From contig CAYYZD010000002.1 of the NCBI GenBank assembly GCA_964476035.1, forward strand, positions 1 through 30,596: a DNA stretch of 30,596 nt, given 5' to 3'. This stretch comes from an uncultured archaeon. GTDB taxonomy: Archaea > Asgardarchaeota > Baldrarchaeia > Baldrarchaeales > DXJG01. The position numbers were made by a program, and so were the translations under genes. Shown here piece after piece: positions 26,708 to 30,596 of the stretch. The notes below the pieces were generated by a model that had not been told where the DNA came from, did no database searches, and was given only the letters and a program-made list of their open reading frames with translations. The stretch's first letter is position 1, and every line of letters begins with the position of its first letter.

Positions 26708-27270
26708 TAGATTTGGAATTAATTGTAGCATTAACTGGGGCAAGTGGAGTAATATACGGTGTTCAACTACTGAAGACTTTAAAAAGAATAAAAGCAAAAA
26801 TTCACTTAATTATTTCAGAGCCAGCCAAGGTAATCATTAAACACGAATTAAATTTAGATATAGAGGAAATAGAAAAGCTTGCAGACTTCACTTATGATCC
26901 CTGGGATTTCACAGCGCCTATCGCTAGTGGTTCTTATCAATCGGATGGGATGGTAGTTATACCTTGCAGTATGAAGACCCTCTCTGCAATAGCTAATGGT
27001 TACGCGGATAATCTTATTGTTAGAGCTGCTGAATGTATGCTAAAAGAAAAGAAGCCATTAATTCTTGTCCCTAGAGAAACCCCTCTGTCCTTGGTTCATT
27101 TAAGAAATATGGTTAAGGCTGCGGAGGCAGGTGCAATAATAATTCCCGCAATGCCAGGATTTTACCACAAACCTGAAACCATCGAAGATCTTGTAAACTT
27201 CATAGTGGGGAAAATTCTTGACATACTGGGTATCCAACACGACTTATATAGGAGATGGGGAGGAAAGTGA
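26704..27270 (+). CDS. ubiX: Flavin prenyltransferase UbiX
   Basis: ALTGASGVIYG, APIASGS, PCSMKTL, DNLIVRAA, LVPRETPL, PAMPGFYH.P. Confidence 0.96.
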   Translation: MIDLELIVALTGASGVIYGVQLLKTLKRIKAKIHLIISEPAKVIIKHELNLDIEEIEKLADFTYDPWDFTAPIASGSYQSDGMVVIPCSMKTLSAIANGYADNLIVRAAECMLKEKKPLILVPRETPLSLVHLRNMVKAAEAGAIIIPAMPGFYHKPETIEDLVNFIVGKILDILGIQHDLYRRWGGK

Positions 27271-28610
27271 GCTTAAGGAATTTTATATTAGAACTGGAGA
27301 AAGATGCAGAATTAATAACCATTAAAAAGGAATTAAGTACCAAGTATGAGATAGCTGCTGTAATCAAAAAGTTCGATAATGGTCCGGCTCTTTTTTTTAA
27401 AAAAATTAAACAAAAACGCGGCTCGATAGTTGCAAACATTTGTGGCACTAGAGAAAGAGTCTGCAAAGCCCTAGGAACTAGTATTGATAAATTACATAAA
27501 AAAGTATCAAATGCTATTAAAAACCCAAAAAAACCGAAACTTACAGAATTCCTTCTCTCCAAATATGCTCAAAATCCTCCAAACATAAACAGTCTTCCAA
27601 TACTTACCCACTACGAAAAGGACCCCGGACCTTACATAACAGCTGGAATCGTATTTGCAAGAGACCCAGAGACTGGAATTCAAAACGCATCAATACACAG
27701 AATGTTAGTTATTGACGAAAAACATCTAGCTATAAGAGTTGTACCTAGACACTTGCATAGAATAATAACAGCTTACTGGAAGGAAAAAAGAGATGTACCC
27801 GTAGCCATTGCCATTGGAACCCACCCAGCGGTTCTAATTGCTGCATCATCGCCAGTCCCCTACGGTGTAAATGAACTTCATGTAGCAAACACTCTTCTTA
27901 AGGAATCTATGGAAGTTGCTATATGTCCAAATACGGAACTGGAAGTTCCAACAAATGCAGAAATAATTATTGAAGGAAAAATTTTATACGGTAAAGAAGT
28001 TGATGAAGGGCCGTTCGTCGATTTAACGGGAACCTACGATGTTGTAAGAAAACAACCTGTAATAAAAATAGAAAAAATGTATTTTAATCGGGATAACTTT
28101 ATTTATCAGGCTATTTTGCCTGGGGGAAGCGAACATAAATTGTTAATGGGCCTTCCGAGGGAGGCACAAATATGGACTGCTGTTAAGTCTGTTGTTCCCG
28201 ATGTAAGAGGAGTGCATTTAACTTTAGGCGGTTGTGGATGGCTGCATGCAGTCGTTTCCATTAAAAAGCAAACTGATGGAGATGCTAAAAATGTTATATT
28301 GGCTGCTTTCGCAGCTCATCCAAGCCTTAAACATGTTGTTGTAGTTGACGACGACATAGATCCTTATGATATGGAAGAAGTGGAATGGGCAATTGCAACG
28401 AGATTTAATGCTTCCCGAGACTTGGTGATAATACAAAATGTTAGAGGCTCAAGTCTGGATCCTTCTGCGGACCAAATTACTCTTATGACTACAAAAATGG
28501 GAATTGATGCTACAAGACCATTTACTAAACCTAAAGAAAAGTTCGAAAAAGCAAAAATACCCATCGAAGAGAAAATCGACATTAATAACTTAACAGAGGA
28601 AGACAATTAA
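27255..28610 (+). CDS. ubiD: UbiD-family prFMN-dependent decarboxylase, probably trans-anhydromevalonate 5-phosphate decarboxylase
   Basis: DPGPYITAG, NASIHR, EGPFVDLTGTYD, EH..LM, VVVDDDIDP...EVEWAIATR, KMGIDAT; adjacent to acnX. Confidence 0.9.
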   Translation: MGRKVSLRNFILELEKDAELITIKKELSTKYEIAAVIKKFDNGPALFFKKIKQKRGSIVANICGTRERVCKALGTSIDKLHKKVSNAIKNPKKPKLTEFLLSKYAQNPPNINSLPILTHYEKDPGPYITAGIVFARDPETGIQNASIHRMLVIDEKHLAIRVVPRHLHRIITAYWKEKRDVPVAIAIGTHPAVLIAASSPVPYGVNELHVANTLLKESMEVAICPNTELEVPTNAEIIIEGKILYGKEVDEGPFVDLTGTYDVVRKQPVIKIEKMYFNRDNFIYQAILPGGSEHKLLMGLPREAQIWTAVKSVVPDVRGVHLTLGGCGWLHAVVSIKKQTDGDAKNVILAAFAAHPSLKHVVVVDDDIDPYDMEEVEWAIATRFNASRDLVIIQNVRGSSLDPSADQITLMTTKMGIDATRPFTKPKEKFEKAKIPIEEKIDINNLTEEDN

Positions 28611-29830
28611 TGTTTCTAACTAAAGAAGAGGAAAAAATGTTCGATGGAGAATATGGAGAAGCTACTAGGCTAGCAGTGAGGTTAATTGTTAAAGTTGGAG
28701 AAGCTTTAGGCGCTCAAAAATTAATTGACGTAAGTAGTGCGCAAGTTTCGGGGGTATCGTATAAGAACATCGGAGATCCGGGCATCCAGCTCCTAGAAGA
28801 CTTAGTTAAACTTGGAGGGAAAAGTAGAATACTATCAACGCTTAATCCAGCTGGTATGGACTTAAAAAACTGGAAAAAAATGAAAATCGATAAAGATTTT
28901 GCAGAAAAACAACTAAAAATAATTAATTTGTACATACAAATGGGCATCCTCCCAACATGTAGCTGTATACCTTACTTAATCGGTAATTCGCCAAAATATA
29001 GGGCACATATAGCATGGGCAGAATCCTCTGCAGTAACGTACGCTAATTCGGTTTTAGGTGCGAGAACAAATAGAGAGGGCGGACCATTAGCCCTTGCATC
29101 AGCTTTAACCGGGAAAACTGCTTTTTATGGGTTTCATATCGAAGAAAATAGATTCCCAACACACTACATAGAGTTAAGGACTAAGTTGCACAATCCAGCT
29201 GATTACAGCATTTTAGGTTATGTAGTTGGTAAAATAATAAAAACTGGTGTCCCCTTGTTTTCAAACCCTAGAGTGCCCCTAAATGTAGATTGCTTAAAAG
29301 CTTTATCGGCCGGTCTGGCAACTTCAGGAAGTATATCTCTATTCCATATAGAAGACTGCACAATAGAAGCTATGATCGAAAAAAGGCGATTACAGATCGA
29401 AAAAGGCCATATGGAGAAAATAATAATAGAAAAAGAAGAAATAAAGTCTGTTTATGAAGAATACGCATTAACCTCTAGCCCAGATCTCATATACATCGGG
29501 TGTCCTCATGCAAGCATACAAGAAATAGGAAAAATTGCCAAGATGTTAAGAAATAGGAAAATAAAAGGAGATATCGAACTGTGGGTTGGAACTGCCGCTA
29601 ATGTAAAGACACTCGCAGACAGAGCTGGTTATACGGATATAATAGAGAAATCTGGTGGCAAAATTATTACAGATACGTGTATAGTGGTTTCGCCTTTAAA
29701 GTCGCTTGGATTTCAAAAAATTCTTACAAATTCCGCAAAGGCATGTTACTACCTGACAGGTTTAGAAAGATTAAACGTGGGAATAACGACATTAGAAGAC
29801 AGCGTTAAAACTGCCATAGAAGGGTCATGA
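28610..29830 (+). CDS. acnX: Aconitase X large (catalytic) subunit, probably phosphomevalonate dehydratase subunit 1
   Basis: QVSGVSY, TCSCIPY, AWAESSA..YANSV.GARTNREGG, IGCPHAS, DTC.VVSP (Fe-S Cys ligands). Confidence 0.9.
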   Translation: MFLTKEEEKMFDGEYGEATRLAVRLIVKVGEALGAQKLIDVSSAQVSGVSYKNIGDPGIQLLEDLVKLGGKSRILSTLNPAGMDLKNWKKMKIDKDFAEKQLKIINLYIQMGILPTCSCIPYLIGNSPKYRAHIAWAESSAVTYANSVLGARTNREGGPLALASALTGKTAFYGFHIEENRFPTHYIELRTKLHNPADYSILGYVVGKIIKTGVPLFSNPRVPLNVDCLKALSAGLATSGSISLFHIEDCTIEAMIEKRRLQIEKGHMEKIIIEKEEIKSVYEEYALTSSPDLIYIGCPHASIQEIGKIAKMLRNRKIKGDIELWVGTAANVKTLADRAGYTDIIEKSGGKIITDTCIVVSPLKSLGFQKILTNSAKACYYLTGLERLNVGITTLEDSVKTAIEGS

Positions 29831-29831
29831 T

Positions 29832-30275
29832 ATGCATAAAGAAAACAAAAAAGTAGTATTGAAAGGTAGAGGACTAGTTGAGGGGTTAGTCGAGGGAAAA
29901 GCCCTTGTTACCTCTCAGCCTATCTCATTTTACGGTGGTGTTGACCCATTAAGTGGTGTTGTTACCGAAAGAGGACATGAACTTGAAGGAAAAGTAATAT
30001 CTGGTAAAATTTTGGTTTTTCCTTACGGTAAGGGCAGCACAGTGGGCTCGTATGTTATTTATCATATGGCAAAGATAGGATCAGCCCCTTTAGCAATAAT
30101 TAATTTAGAGTCAGAGCCAATAATTGTTGCGGGATGCGTGCTTGCAAACATACCTCTAGTAGATAAGTTAGATAAAGATCCGATTAAAACGATTGAAACA
30201 GGGGATATAGTTCAGGTAGACGGAACTCATGGATTTGTGGTCATATTATCAAAGCCTCAGAAACATAAACAATAA
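29832..30275 (+). CDS. Aconitase X swiveling-domain small subunit, probably phosphomevalonate dehydratase subunit 2
   Basis: ISFYGGVDP.SG, GHEL.G..I.GKILVFP.GKGSTVGSYV. Confidence 0.92.
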   Translation: MHKENKKVVLKGRGLVEGLVEGKALVTSQPISFYGGVDPLSGVVTERGHELEGKVISGKILVFPYGKGSTVGSYVIYHMAKIGSAPLAIINLESEPIIVAGCVLANIPLVDKLDKDPIKTIETGDIVQVDGTHGFVVILSKPQKHKQ

Positions 30276-30345
30276 AAGGTGTTTTTAATTCAAAATATGT
30301 GCAGACTTATAAAACATTTTAAAGAGTATTTTAGGGAGATCAGAA

Positions 30346-30596
30346 TTGAGGAAGAGAACATATTGGGGATTCATTAAAGATCCTATCCATGGCTATGTTC
30401 ACATAACAGAGTTGGAAAAGGAACTTATAGACACCCGTGTAGTTCAAAGACTTAGAAGATTAAGGCAACTAGCAGGAGCAGAATACGTATATCCGGGTGC
30501 CAACCATACAAGATTTGAACATAGCATTGGTGTAATGTATCTCGCTGGCGTTTTAGCAGAAAGCTTACCCGTAAATTTAACCGATGAAGACATTCA
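30346..30596 (+). CDS. HD-superfamily phosphohydrolase (COG1078, SAMHD1-like dNTPase family), 3'-truncated; not in the ORF track
   Basis: Manual translation from TTG 30346: IKDPIHGYVHI...QRLRRLRQL....VYPGANHTRFEHSIGV. Confidence 0.9.
   Translation, partial: MRKRTYWGFIKDPIHGYVHITELEKELIDTRVVQRLRRLRQLAGAEYVYPGANHTRFEHSIGVMYLAGVLAESLPVNLTDEDI

Noticed and set aside
6527-28947. Remaining short track ORFs antisense or out of frame to core genes (e.g. 6527-6757, 10955-11272, 13290-13595, 14171-14410, 19482-19844, 20605-21033, 21698-22015, 22567-22779, 26389-26697, 27200-27562, 28714-28947)
   Set aside because: Entirely or mostly nested within well-identified conserved genes; no independent motifs.
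4986-30596. Genome-wide reassignment of TAG
   Set aside because: Six conserved host genes (tfs, pcn, gcvH, gcvT, radA, radB) end at TAG at their expected C-termini, and no host gene in the window has an internal TAG.
1-30596. CRISPR array, rRNA or IS element
   Set aside because: No regularly spaced repeats, no long non-coding structured-RNA region, and no transposase motifs or terminal inverted repeats seen.

Overview
Archaeal chromosomal window, probably Asgard-type or a related TACK lineage. The taxonomy is inferred from a eukaryote-like STT3/AglB, an OSTC/DC2-like protein and an RPA14-like OB-fold gene. About 1-4.6 kb is the right end of an integrated mobile element whose left end lies outside the window. 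It carries a P-loop ATPase/helicase-like gene that runs off the window edge and has one in-frame TAG, two divergent ribbon-helix-helix regulators, a C2H2 zinc-finger protein, small hypothetical and membrane ORFs, and a divergent Alba chromatin protein. From 4986 onward the window is core genome. (i) Information-processing supercluster: rRNA methylase, csl4, DUF2067, rpoL, RNase III-like, tfs, small ORF, RPA14-like, PCNA, priL, priS, gins51, L44e, S27e, aIF2-alpha, nop10. (ii) aglB with four extra C-terminal beta-sandwich repeats. (iii) A multiply disrupted ATP-NAD kinase-like pseudogene. (iv) A C1/folate cluster: gcvH-gcvT divergent from folP (with an extra C-terminal domain) and a cofE-like ligase. 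(v) radA, OSTC-like, carS, radB. (vi) An operon of a YqgF-like gene, a PAC4/LpdD-like gene, ubiX, ubiD and acnX large/small (archaeal modified mevalonate pathway), followed by a truncated HD hydrolase. I saw no tRNA, rRNA, CRISPR array, integrase or att site. All family calls come from motifs recognised by eye; no searches were run.
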